Assembly: GCA_965223705.1 (NCBI GenBank)
Contig: OZ245015.1
Location: forward strand, 2,752,001-2,816,000
Direction of reading: 5' to 3'
Length of the DNA stretch: 64,000 nucleotides
Origin: Myxococcota bacterium
GTDB lineage: Bacteria > Myxococcota_A > UBA9160 > UBA6930
How positions within the stretch are numbered: the stretch's first letter is position 1; each line of letters starts with the position of its first letter. A model generated the notes under the pieces. The model was given only the letters and a program-made list of their open reading frames with translations. It searched no databases and was not told where the DNA came from. Shown in pieces: positions 49,670-58,515 of the stretch. The translations under genes and the position numbers were made by a program.

Positions 49670-51337
49670 ATGAGGGCCGGTGCACCCACTCCCCGGACCG
49701 TTCCGGTGCTGATCGTCGGAGGGGGCCCCGTCGGCCTGTCTGCGTCGGTTCTCCTGTCCCGGCTCGGGGTCGAGAACCTCCTCGTCGAGCGCGATTTCGA
49801 TACGGCCGACCATCCCCAAGCGCGCAGCCTGAATCTTCGAACGATGGAGATCTACCGGCTGTGGGGAATCGAGTCTGAGCTCCGTTCCGTGAGCCTTCCG
49901 GCTCCGTGGGCGCGGCAGTTGGTCTACACCAAAACCCTCGCCGGCGAAGAGCTCGGGCGGACGCGCTCGAAGGCCACGGGACAGCGGCACCGGCTGACCC
50001 CGGCGCCGTATTTGCTGAGCGGGCAAGATCGCATCGAGCCGATCCTTCGCCGCCGCGCCGAGTCCTACGAAGAAGCCTCGATCGCATTTGGTGTCGCTCT
50101 CGAAGAGATCCGTTGCGACGCCGAGGGGGTTCTGGCAACGATCACCCATCGCGAACGCGGTGAGCGCGAGCAAGTCCGCGCGCGGTTTGCGATCGCCGCG
50201 GACGGAGTCGCAAGCACGGTTCGCCGCAGCTTGGGCATCCCGATGGTCGGAGAGCGCGACTTGGCGACCTCCGTCAGCACGTACTTTCGCGCCGACTTGG
50301 GGCGCTACGTCAACGACCGACCCGCCGGCCTCTACTGGGTTGCGAGTGAGGCGGCGCGCGGCGTCTTTCAACCGATCGACGGCAAGGACACATGGCTGTG
50401 TCAGATCGGATTCACCGATGATCCGGAAGGTGCCCGCGTGGCTGAGCTCTCGGCGGAGGAAGCCCGTGCCTGGATTCACGCCGCCATCGGCGACGACACG
50501 ATCCCCGTCGAAGTGCACAACACCAAGCGTTGGACGATGGGCGCGTGCTTCGCCGAGCGTTTTCGCGAAGGTCCCTTGTTTCTCGCCGGCGACGCCGCGC
50601 ACCAGCTGCCCATCACCGGCGGATTCGGGCTCAACACCGGCGTGCAGGACGTTCACAACCTGGCGTGGAAGCTCGCCTACACGCTCCGCGGAGACGCGGA
50701 CCCCGCCCTCCTCGATACCTACGAAGAAGAGCGGCGCCCGGTGGCGGAGTGGGTTTCCGCGCGCTGCCTCGAGAATTATCACGCGGCGATGCGCGTCACG
50801 CGCGCGGCGCTCACCCGGGGAACCGACCGCGAAGACCGGGCGGAAACGGTGCGGAAAACGCAGCGCTATGGGAACTGGCTGGGCATGGACCTCGGGGTCC
50901 GCTACGAGCGAGGCGCGCTCGTTCCCGACGGCACGCCCCCGCCCGCGGTCGACGACCCCGTCCAGGAGTACGTGCCCTGCGCCCGGCCCGGCCACCGCGC
51001 CCCCCACGTCCCACTCCGCCAGAACGGACAGGATGTGTCTCCGCTCGATTGGTTTGAGAAAGAGTGGGTTCTCATCGGCGGCGAGGGCGCCGACGGATGG
51101 ATTGCCGGGGGAGAAAGACTTCGCAGCCAGTCCCCGCTCCGCGTCGTGCAGTTGGGTTCGGGCGAAATCGAGGACACCGACGACTTATGGCAAGAGCACT
51201 ATGCCACGGGCGATGCGGGCGCGGTCTTGGTGCGGCCGGACGGCGTCGTGGCGTGGCGCTCGACCGAAGCGCCGCGGGATGCGGCACGCGAGCTGCGAGC
51301 CGTGTTTCAGGCGATGCGAATCGTCGTCTCTTCCTAG
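49670..51337 (+). CDS. FAD-dependent aromatic hydroxylase (PheA/TfdB/RdmE family)
   Basis: GGGPVG, AADG, GDAAH, GFGLNTGVQDVHNLAWK, PGHRAPH, LVRPDG. Confidence 0.9.
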   Translation: MRAGAPTPRTVPVLIVGGGPVGLSASVLLSRLGVENLLVERDFDTADHPQARSLNLRTMEIYRLWGIESELRSVSLPAPWARQLVYTKTLAGEELGRTRSKATGQRHRLTPAPYLLSGQDRIEPILRRRAESYEEASIAFGVALEEIRCDAEGVLATITHRERGEREQVRARFAIAADGVASTVRRSLGIPMVGERDLATSVSTYFRADLGRYVNDRPAGLYWVASEAARGVFQPIDGKDTWLCQIGFTDDPEGARVAELSAEEARAWIHAAIGDDTIPVEVHNTKRWTMGACFAERFREGPLFLAGDAAHQLPITGGFGLNTGVQDVHNLAWKLAYTLRGDADPALLDTYEEERRPVAEWVSARCLENYHAAMRVTRAALTRGTDREDRAETVRKTQRYGNWLGMDLGVRYERGALVPDGTPPPAVDDPVQEYVPCARPGHRAPHVPLRQNGQDVSPLDWFEKEWVLIGGEGADGWIAGGERLRSQSPLRVVQLGSGEIEDTDDLWQEHYATGDAGAVLVRPDGVVAWRSTEAPRDAARELRAVFQAMRIVVSS

Positions 51338-52230
51338 TCCTGGCGCTTGATTCCCCGGGCCGCCGCTTCGCGTTGCTTCGCGCGGCGGGCTTCGCCGAGC
51401 TGTCGCAGCTTCTCGGCGTTCTCGCCGTCGACGCGTGCGTAGCCGGCGCGCCAGGAATGGTCTTCGCTCCACAGAACCGGCGCCTGCACCGTCGTCCGCG
51501 GAAACCGCGCTTGCTCGAGCACGTCGAGCGCCATCCCGAACAGCGACTGCTGCATCGCGCGATCGAAGGGCTTTCCCGCGGCGTTTCCGAGCGGGAAATC
51601 CACGAACAAGAACCGCGGCACGCCGCATTCTTCGACGATGTCACGCGCCGACCCCATCACGACCGTGGGGATGCCGGCGTCTTCCAAATGCCGCGCGACC
51701 AGACCGACCGTCTGGTGACAGACCGGTCACAAGGGGACGAGGACCGCCGCGTCGGCGCCGTCTTGCCGAAGGCGCTCGAGGATTTCCGGGGCGTCGCGCG
51801 TGATGGTCCGTCGCTGACTGTAGTCGGTGGGGACACCGTGGAAGCGCGGGGCCAAGCGCGCGATGCGCCCCGCCCGCACGGCCTCATGCCCCGCCGCGAT
51901 GGGCAGGAAGCTCCCGGTATCGCGCGTGTGCGTCGCTTCCTTGTCCCAGGCGAGGTCGTCGGTGTAAAGCGCTTCGGGCGGATGCTCGCTCGACCCGGAC
52001 CACACCTGCTTGGGCGCCCGGGTCGTCTCCTCGTCGTCCTCTCGCATCGGACTCGCCGTCGTGATCAACGCGACCGTCATCTCGGACAACGGTTTCGAAA
52101 GCTCCGCAAACGGAGCGTCGTCGTGCTGAGCCCAGGCGTACGGCTTTTCGTATCCCTGGGCGCGGTAGTACTCGCGAGTGCGGTCGATGTAGCTGACGAA
52201 GCTTCGGTGGGACGGGTCGCGGTTGATCAT
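51334..52230 (-). CDS. Selenoprotein, GrdB/PrdB-like (glycine/sarcosine/betaine/proline reductase B family), Sec encoded at 51727-51729
   Basis: The two track ORFs are in the same frame and separated only by TGA, reading ...DAAVLVPL-U-PVCHQTVGLVARHLEDAGIPTV...VPR...FPLG; 298 aa with Sec168; SECIS hairpin follows. Confidence 0.88.
51698..51729 (-). promoter_or_regulatory. Bacterial SECIS element
   Basis: mRNA reads UGA-CCGGUCUGUC-ACCAGAC-GGUCG-GUCUGGU: a 7-bp perfect stem with a G-starting loop 17 nt after the UGA. Confidence 0.8.
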
Positions 52231-52324
52231 CCAGCCAGTGTAGCGGGCGACCCATGCACTTCCCCACGCCGAGCGTCGCGCGTAGAATGGGCCGCTCGAA
52301 GGACGTATTGAAGGAGCGAGACAG

Positions 52325-53404
52325 ATGGCCGGTATGGACTGGGGCTTCGTTTTCATGGGATCGATCGGCATCGCCGACGAGGTCAAACTCGCGGAGGACC
52401 GAGGCTTCTCCCACGCGTGGCTCTACGACACACAGATGCTCGGGAGCGAGGTCTACGCCGCGCTGACGACCTGTGCGCTCAAGACGGATCGCATCAAACT
52501 CGGTCCGGGGGTCACGAATCCGAAATCGCGGATCGCGCCGCTCACCGCGTGCGGCATGGCGACGATCAATCAGCTGGCCCCGGGCCGCGCCATTCTCGGC
52601 ATCGGCACCGGGAATACGACGCGCCGTACGATGGGGATGCCCGCTGCGAAACTGAGTGAGCTGCGCGAGCACGTGGAAGTTTGCCAGGGACTCTTCCGCA
52701 ACGAGGTAACGGACTATTCCGAGGGCGACCGCCACCGAAAGATCCGCTTCCTCAACCCGGACATGGGCTACTACAACATCAAGGATCCGATCCCGACGTA
52801 CATCGCCGCGAGCGGACCGAAGAGTTGCCAGCTCGCGGGCGAAATCGCCGACGGCGTAATCCTGTTCGGCGCGGTGCACCCGTCGCTCCTCAAGTTCCTG
52901 CTCGACAACGTGCGCATGGGCGCCGAACGCGCGGGGCGCAACTACGATGACATCTACGTCTTGTCGATGACGGCCTTCTACCTCACGGACCCGGGCCAGT
53001 CGATCGAATCGGATGCCGTTCGCAACGCCGTCGGGCCGATGGTCGCGTCGTCGAGCAATATTTTCGCGCTGTCTGCTCGGCTTGAGCCCGACTGCCTACC
53101 GGCGGACCTTCGCGACGGCATCATGGGCTTCAAGAGCGCGTATCACGCTCCGGACGAACCCATCGAAACGCGCCACTTGAAGCTCTACGAAGGTTACCTG
53201 CAACACTTGAAGCAGGAGCACGTTCCGCTCATGACGGAGAAGATCATTCGCGCGACGACCCTCACGGGAAGCGCCGACCAGGTGACGGAATCGATTCAGG
53301 CGATGGCCGAGGCCGGCGTACACCAGGTCGCGATCCAGCCGATCCTCGACACGGCGACGACCGTGGCCCAGGTCGCCGACGAGATCATGCCTCGCTTCGC
53401 GTAG
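52325..53404 (+). CDS. LLM-class flavin/F420-dependent oxidoreductase
   Basis: AEDRGFSHAWLYD, RIKLGPGVTNP, PGRAILGIGTG, AASGPK...AGEIADG; AAGGAG RBS. Confidence 0.88.
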   Translation: MAGMDWGFVFMGSIGIADEVKLAEDRGFSHAWLYDTQMLGSEVYAALTTCALKTDRIKLGPGVTNPKSRIAPLTACGMATINQLAPGRAILGIGTGNTTRRTMGMPAAKLSELREHVEVCQGLFRNEVTDYSEGDRHRKIRFLNPDMGYYNIKDPIPTYIAASGPKSCQLAGEIADGVILFGAVHPSLLKFLLDNVRMGAERAGRNYDDIYVLSMTAFYLTDPGQSIESDAVRNAVGPMVASSSNIFALSARLEPDCLPADLRDGIMGFKSAYHAPDEPIETRHLKLYEGYLQHLKQEHVPLMTEKIIRATTLTGSADQVTESIQAMAEAGVHQVAIQPILDTATTVAQVADEIMPRFA

Positions 53405-54281
53405 AGCGCTTCAGGGCGCGGCGAACCCACAGCGTGGCGCTGGCCAACGCGAGGCCCGCCAACAGAAAGAGCGGGTACGCACCCCCGCGGATTCCTTTCA
53501 CGGCACCCCGTACCTGATCGATGCGTTCTCGGTAGACCGTCAGGTCGGCGGCAAAGCTCGTGGCGCCGAACAGGACCGTGGATTCCGGTTGCCCTTCGTA
53601 CTGGGACGTCGCGACGAAGATCCCGGCGAGCTCGTAGCCGTCCTCGGTGTGCCGGAAGACCGGCCCACCCGAATCCCCCTCGACGGCGATCGCCTCTTCG
53701 GGCACAGCGAAGAAGTCGTCGAACTCGATGCCGAACGTCTCCGTGGTGTAGCTCCCCAATCGCAGCCGATGCGCCGATTTCGAGACGCGGTTCCGACCCC
53801 ATTGGAGCCCGATCGAGCGCGCTCGGTAGAACCCTTGCCTACCGAGCCAACTCAGTCGCCCGCCCCGGATGCCGCCAGCCCCGAAGACCAGGACCGACTC
53901 TCCCGAACGCAGGGGTTCCGTGGCGATCTCGAGCCGCCTACCCGCGGGTGTACCGTCAACGCGGAACATCACGAGGTCGGGGTTGTCGCGCGCCCCGGTC
54001 AGGAGGACGCGGGATTCGGGCCGCGGAGCGAAACTCTCGTCGGCCACGAGCACGGTGCCCACGCCGACGTGAGCGGCGGTGAGAATCCAGCCCTCCCCTA
54101 AATGGACGGCCGAAAGCCCGCCGCGCTGACAAGCGCCGAGCCACCCCGCCGAGGGCGGTGCGAGTTCCCGGTTCCTGCCTGGAGCGCCTTCTGCGAACAC
54201 CAAGGCTCCCGAAGCCGCAGCGACCGACGTAGCGGCGACGACCCCGCAAACCGCGGTCCGGATTCGCGAGCAACCGAGCAC
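53385..54281 (-). CDS. Trypsin-like serine protease with C-terminal membrane anchor
   Basis: LTAAHV (His), DLVMF (Asp), GDSGGP (Ser); C-terminal GG + hydrophobic helix + basic tail. Confidence 0.8.
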   Translation of the reverse strand: MLGCSRIRTAVCGVVAATSVAAASGALVFAEGAPGRNRELAPPSAGWLGACQRGGLSAVHLGEGWILTAAHVGVGTVLVADESFAPRPESRVLLTGARDNPDLVMFRVDGTPAGRRLEIATEPLRSGESVLVFGAGGIRGGRLSWLGRQGFYRARSIGLQWGRNRVSKSAHRLRLGSYTTETFGIEFDDFFAVPEEAIAVEGDSGGPVFRHTEDGYELAGIFVATSQYEGQPESTVLFGATSFAADLTVYRERIDQVRGAVKGIRGGAYPLFLLAGLALASATLWVRRALKRSTRSEA

Positions 54282-54541
54282 GGCGCAAACATACGCGAGC
54301 CCCCGCCCAGTGCACTCGGACTGTTCGCTTCGCTTTCGGCTTCGATTCAGGAGGCTGACAGGTTGGGTCGGTTCCGCCCCTCAGAAAGCGCGTCCGCGAG
54401 AGCAGGTTTTTGGCGCCCGAAGCTCGTTTTTTCCCCGACTGAGGCTCGTTCTACCGCGTCTTTTGCGCATTCAAATTTTTTTCGCATTGCCCCCTTGCGC
54501 GATCGACTCGATCTGCTAAATTTCCTGAATACGCAACACAA

Positions 54542-54569
54542 AGCCGGCTCAACCGCCGGCTATTTTTTT
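54542..54569 (+). terminator. Intrinsic terminator
   Basis: AGCCGGC-TCAACC-GCCGGCT followed by ATTTTTTT. Confidence 0.75.
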
Positions 54570-54615
54570 GATCTATGCTTTCGTCTTTCTTTCGCCTTCC
54601 GATCTCGGGGCCCTC

Positions 54616-54876
54616 ATGACTGGCGACGACTACGAACGGGAACTCGGTGTCGTCGAGGCGCTGACCGCCGTATCGAAACAGTGTCCCCACGCCGGTATCC
54701 GAGGGCACGCTGAGACCGCACTCGCCCGCTTGGCCGACGAAGGGCCCGACGGACTCCCCCAGCAGGCTTTTCTCGTGCTGAGCACCATCGCGGGCTGGCG
54801 CGGCGAGCGCGCCCAACAGGTCAAGCGCTCCCTGCGCGCCTACCTGGACCGCGAGACGGCCGCCCGCTCGGATTGA
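54616..54876 (+). CDS. Small helical hypothetical protein (86 aa)
   Basis: ATG at 54616; ends 3 nt before the helicase start. Confidence 0.6.
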   Translation: MTGDDYERELGVVEALTAVSKQCPHAGIRGHAETALARLADEGPDGLPQQAFLVLSTIAGWRGERAQQVKRSLRAYLDRETAARSD

Positions 54877-54879
54877 CGG

Positions 54880-57174
54880 GTGCCGTCTCGGCCCGACCTA
54901 GGGCGGCGGTACTACTCCGCGGGCGCCCTCGCCCGTGAGATGGCGGGACCACCCGTAGCATCGAGCCAGCTTTGGTCACCGGGTCTCGACCGGGGTCGGG
55001 GGAGTGCGGCGCACCGCCGCTATCAGGAACAACAGGCGGACCGAGAGGGATTCGAGGCCGAGGTCCCGGTCACCGCGAGGTTCGGTGATGTGACGGTGCG
55101 CGGCCGCGCGGACGCCATCCACTTCGACCCAGCGCGGGGGTTCATCCTCGAAGAACTGAAGACAGGCGAGGGCCCATGGCTGCGGGAACTCGCGCGGTGC
55201 CAAGCCGAAATCTATGCCGAGGCGCTCCAGGCCGCTCGGGGGCAGCGGTTCGAGGCCGACATCGCGCTCATCGACGGTGCCGGCGAAGCGATCTTCCGAG
55301 AAACCCTCGGCGCGGCGCGCCGAGCCACCAGCCGAGAGAGGATTGTCGCGGCACTGGCGCGCCTAGAGGCTGAGCGGGACCTGCGGGAACAACGCGTGGC
55401 CGGTTGGAGGAATCGGCTCCCGACCCTCGAGCCGCCGTTCGCGAGCTGGAGGCCCGCCCAGCGCGAGATGCTCCGCGAAGTGAACGAAGCGCTGGTCGGT
55501 GGCACGCAGCTCCTGATCGAGGCGCCTACCGGTTCCGGCAAGACCGCGGCGGTGGCGTACCCGGCTCTCCGGAGCGCCCTGTCCGGAGTCTGTCGAGCGT
55601 TCTTCCTGACCCCGCGAAAACCCGGGCAACACGGCGCGCTCTCACTCCTCGAGCGGATGCTCGGCCGGGGTACGCCGGCGGCGGTCCAGCGATCGGCGGC
55701 CCGTTCGCTGTGTCACCTGCGGTACGACGCGTGCGCGCCGGAGACTTGCGAGCGAGCCAATACGCCGGTTGCCGACGAACCCACGGCTCTTCTCCGCGAC
55801 GCTTCGGTGATTCGGCGGGAATCGCTCGCGCGAAGGATCGAACCGACGCCTCATTGCGCGTACTGGACCGCTCGGGCGCTGGCGAACGACCTGCCCTTTG
55901 TCGTCGCCGACGTCGATGTGTTGTTGCGCGGAGAGTTCGTACCGACGGACACGGACGAATTTCAGCCGGGGCGCGTTCTCCTGCTCGACGAAGTGCATCA
56001 ACTCCCCGATCGCGCGCGCAGCCACTGGCACCGCGAGCTCGGCATCGAGCGTTTCGACGCCTGCCTCGCTTCGCTCGAATTCAGCGATGGTCGCGCCGTT
56101 GGGGATCTTCGGGACGCGACCGCCGCACTTCGCGAGCTCTGGCTCGAGACCGTCGACTACGCGCCCGCGGATCCCACGGGCGTCACTCCAGATGCCTTCG
56201 ATCCCGGAGAGCTCGAGCCGTCCCTCGGTGCCTTCGAAGCGGCGTGCTGGAAGTTGGTCGACGATCGCTACAACGGAACGCTCCCCTCACCCGCAGAGCC
56301 CTGGGTGGTCGCCATGCGGGAGGTCGGTGCGCTGCGACAGGCATGCTCGTCGGGCGACCCGGGTTTCACGCCGGTGGCTTACCGCACAGCGGACAATCGA
56401 TCCGTACTCGGTGTGTGGTGCATCGATCCAGCGCCGCGCCTCGCGACGCTCTTCGAGCGTGCAGACACAGTGATCGGCTTCACGGCCACGCTGCCGGGCG
56501 ATCCCGTAGCGCTTCTCGGTATGGACCCCGACCGTTGCGCCATCCTCGAGCTGCCGGAACAACGCGATCCCAAGCTCCGACCGATCGCGGTCGATGCGAG
56601 GTACGGAACGCGCTTCCGCGAACGATCGCGTGAGACCACGCGAATCGCAGCGGCCATCTCGAAGTGGGTCTCTCGGGCCGAAGGACATGCCCTGGTGCTG
56701 GTCCCGAGTTTCGCGTGGCTCGCCGAGATCGCCGACGCACTCGCCCTCGACCGTCCGCTTCGAGTGCAGAAACCCGACGATTCCGACGCGGAGCGGCGCG
56801 CGCACGAAGACGCCGTCAGCCACGCGGCCGCGCCCGCCTGTCTGCTGGCGGCGGCTTCCGGCGCCCTCGCCGAGGGACTCGACTACGACGGGGGCGCTCT
56901 CGCGACCGTCATCGTGGTGGGGCCCCCGGTACCTCCCCCATCGCCCCTGCGCGATTTCCTCCGCAGACGTTTCGACGCGTGCGGCGACGACGGTTTCCTC
57001 CGCGTGTACGCAGAACCTGCGATGCGAGCGGTTCGACAGGGAGCTGGGCGCTTGTGGCGCTCTCCGGAAGACACCGGTCAGCTCGTGCTCCTCGGCCGCC
57101 GGTTCGCGCGTCCTCCCTACGCGTCTTTACTTCCGGAGCCTTGGCGGATGGGTGAATTCATCGGCGACGACTAG
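54880..57174 (+). CDS. PD-(D/E)XK nuclease fused to a DinG/XPD-family Fe-S helicase
   Basis: RGRADAI...EELKT nuclease motif; WRPAQ Q-motif, APTGSGKT, Cys cluster, LDEVH, TATL, QGAGRL.R. Confidence 0.8.
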   Translation: MPSRPDLGRRYYSAGALAREMAGPPVASSQLWSPGLDRGRGSAAHRRYQEQQADREGFEAEVPVTARFGDVTVRGRADAIHFDPARGFILEELKTGEGPWLRELARCQAEIYAEALQAARGQRFEADIALIDGAGEAIFRETLGAARRATSRERIVAALARLEAERDLREQRVAGWRNRLPTLEPPFASWRPAQREMLREVNEALVGGTQLLIEAPTGSGKTAAVAYPALRSALSGVCRAFFLTPRKPGQHGALSLLERMLGRGTPAAVQRSAARSLCHLRYDACAPETCERANTPVADEPTALLRDASVIRRESLARRIEPTPHCAYWTARALANDLPFVVADVDVLLRGEFVPTDTDEFQPGRVLLLDEVHQLPDRARSHWHRELGIERFDACLASLEFSDGRAVGDLRDATAALRELWLETVDYAPADPTGVTPDAFDPGELEPSLGAFEAACWKLVDDRYNGTLPSPAEPWVVAMREVGALRQACSSGDPGFTPVAYRTADNRSVLGVWCIDPAPRLATLFERADTVIGFTATLPGDPVALLGMDPDRCAILELPEQRDPKLRPIAVDARYGTRFRERSRETTRIAAAISKWVSRAEGHALVLVPSFAWLAEIADALALDRPLRVQKPDDSDAERRAHEDAVSHAAAPACLLAAASGALAEGLDYDGGALATVIVVGPPVPPPSPLRDFLRRRFDACGDDGFLRVYAEPAMRAVRQGAGRLWRSPEDTGQLVLLGRRFARPPYASLLPEPWRMGEFIGDD

Positions 57175-58361
57175 CGCCCCCGGATCCCACAGACCTCGCG
57201 AATCACGTCGACGATCATCTCGGGCCCGCGGGCCAGAGCCCGCGCATCGATGCTCTCGTCGGGCTGGTGGGCCTGCGCGAGCTCGCCTGGGCCGCAGATC
57301 AACGAATCGATCCCCGCACGTGCGAATGCGCCACCGTCCGTACAGAACGGCGCACCGGTGCGCCGCTCCCCTGCTCCGCCGAGTGCGTGTTCGAGTCGCG
57401 AGCCGGCGGGGGAATCGAGGCCCGCCACGACGATGGGCTCACCGAGTGAAATCTTCGCGCGACCCTCGCCGCCGGAGTCGTCGCGCTCTTCGAGCGCGGC
57501 CAGCCGTTCGCCCAACTCGCGATACGCGGACAGGGGATCTTCGTCTGGTAGCGGTCGGTAGCTCAACCGGATGCGGCAGGACTCCGCGATCATGTTGGAA
57601 GCGCTGCCGCCTTGAATGACGCCCACGTTCCAGGTGTTGTACGGGGCGTCGGGGAAGAGTTGCTCTCCGGTCGCCGAGCGTCGTGCGCGATGTTCGGTCT
57701 GCAGCGTCCCGATCTCGGCCAACACTTTCCCCGCCACGGCGATGGCGTTGCAACCGAGCGCCGGAAGACTGCTGTGTCCCCCCTGCCCCTCGACGTGGAT
57801 CGCAAAATCGACGACGCCTTTGTGCGCGTGGAAGACGCGGTACGAAGTCGGTTCTCCGATCCATGCGAGGCGCGGCAGCGGGAGGTCTTGCAGGAGCTCG
57901 GGGAGAGCGGCGGTAAGCTTCTCGGCTCCGAAACACCCGACCTCTTCCTCGCACGTGAACAGGAACACGATCGGCCGTTCCAGCTGCTCGAGCGGTACCT
58001 GTTGAACGGCCGCCAGGCACTGCGCGATAAAGCCCTTCATGTCCGTCGTGCCTCGGCCCACCAGACGACCGTCTCGCTCGGTGAGCGCCAGGGGTTCGAG
58101 GGTCCAGCCAGGCTGCGCGTCGAACGGCACCGTGTCGATGTGGCCCGACAGGATCAAGCCGTCGGGTTCGTCGGGACCCGCCCAAGCGACCACGTTGGTC
58201 TGCCGATCCGACGTGTCAGCGGCGGTCTCCTGCAGACGGACGCGAAGGCCGGTGCCCTCGAGATGGTCGGCCAAAAGGTCCGCCGCCCGCCCGTTCCCGT
58301 TCTGGCTGACGGTGTCGATCGACACCAGCTCGCCCAAGAGCTCTGACAGGTATTTATCCAT
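57171..58361 (-). CDS. argE: Acetylornithine deacetylase (M20 family)
   Basis: LSGHIDTVP, GRGTTDMKG, EEVGC, GEPT, GHSS, AHQPDE. Confidence 0.85.
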   Translation of the reverse strand: MDKYLSELLGELVSIDTVSQNGNGRAADLLADHLEGTGLRVRLQETAADTSDRQTNVVAWAGPDEPDGLILSGHIDTVPFDAQPGWTLEPLALTERDGRLVGRGTTDMKGFIAQCLAAVQQVPLEQLERPIVFLFTCEEEVGCFGAEKLTAALPELLQDLPLPRLAWIGEPTSYRVFHAHKGVVDFAIHVEGQGGHSSLPALGCNAIAVAGKVLAEIGTLQTEHRARRSATGEQLFPDAPYNTWNVGVIQGGSASNMIAESCRIRLSYRPLPDEDPLSAYRELGERLAALEERDDSGGEGRAKISLGEPIVVAGLDSPAGSRLEHALGGAGERRTGAPFCTDGGAFARAGIDSLICGPGELAQAHQPDESIDARALARGPEMIVDVIREVCGIRGR

Positions 58362-58515
58362 CAATTAACCCCCTGGGGAAAAGCGCCTTGGTGTCGCTTT
58401 CCCCATGAAACGGCAACTTTCATGGTACGCGTTACCGAGTTGGGAGACACTTACGGCTCGAAGGGTCGTTTTCCGATAAGATGACACAACGCCCCGCCTA
58501 AGAGGTCCCCCGAAC

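Noticed and set aside
51334..52386. Pseudogene or two separate genes at the GrdB-like locus
   Set aside because: The only break is an in-frame TGA at the UxxC position with a SECIS hairpin, and tRNA-Sec is present, so selenocysteine recoding fits better.
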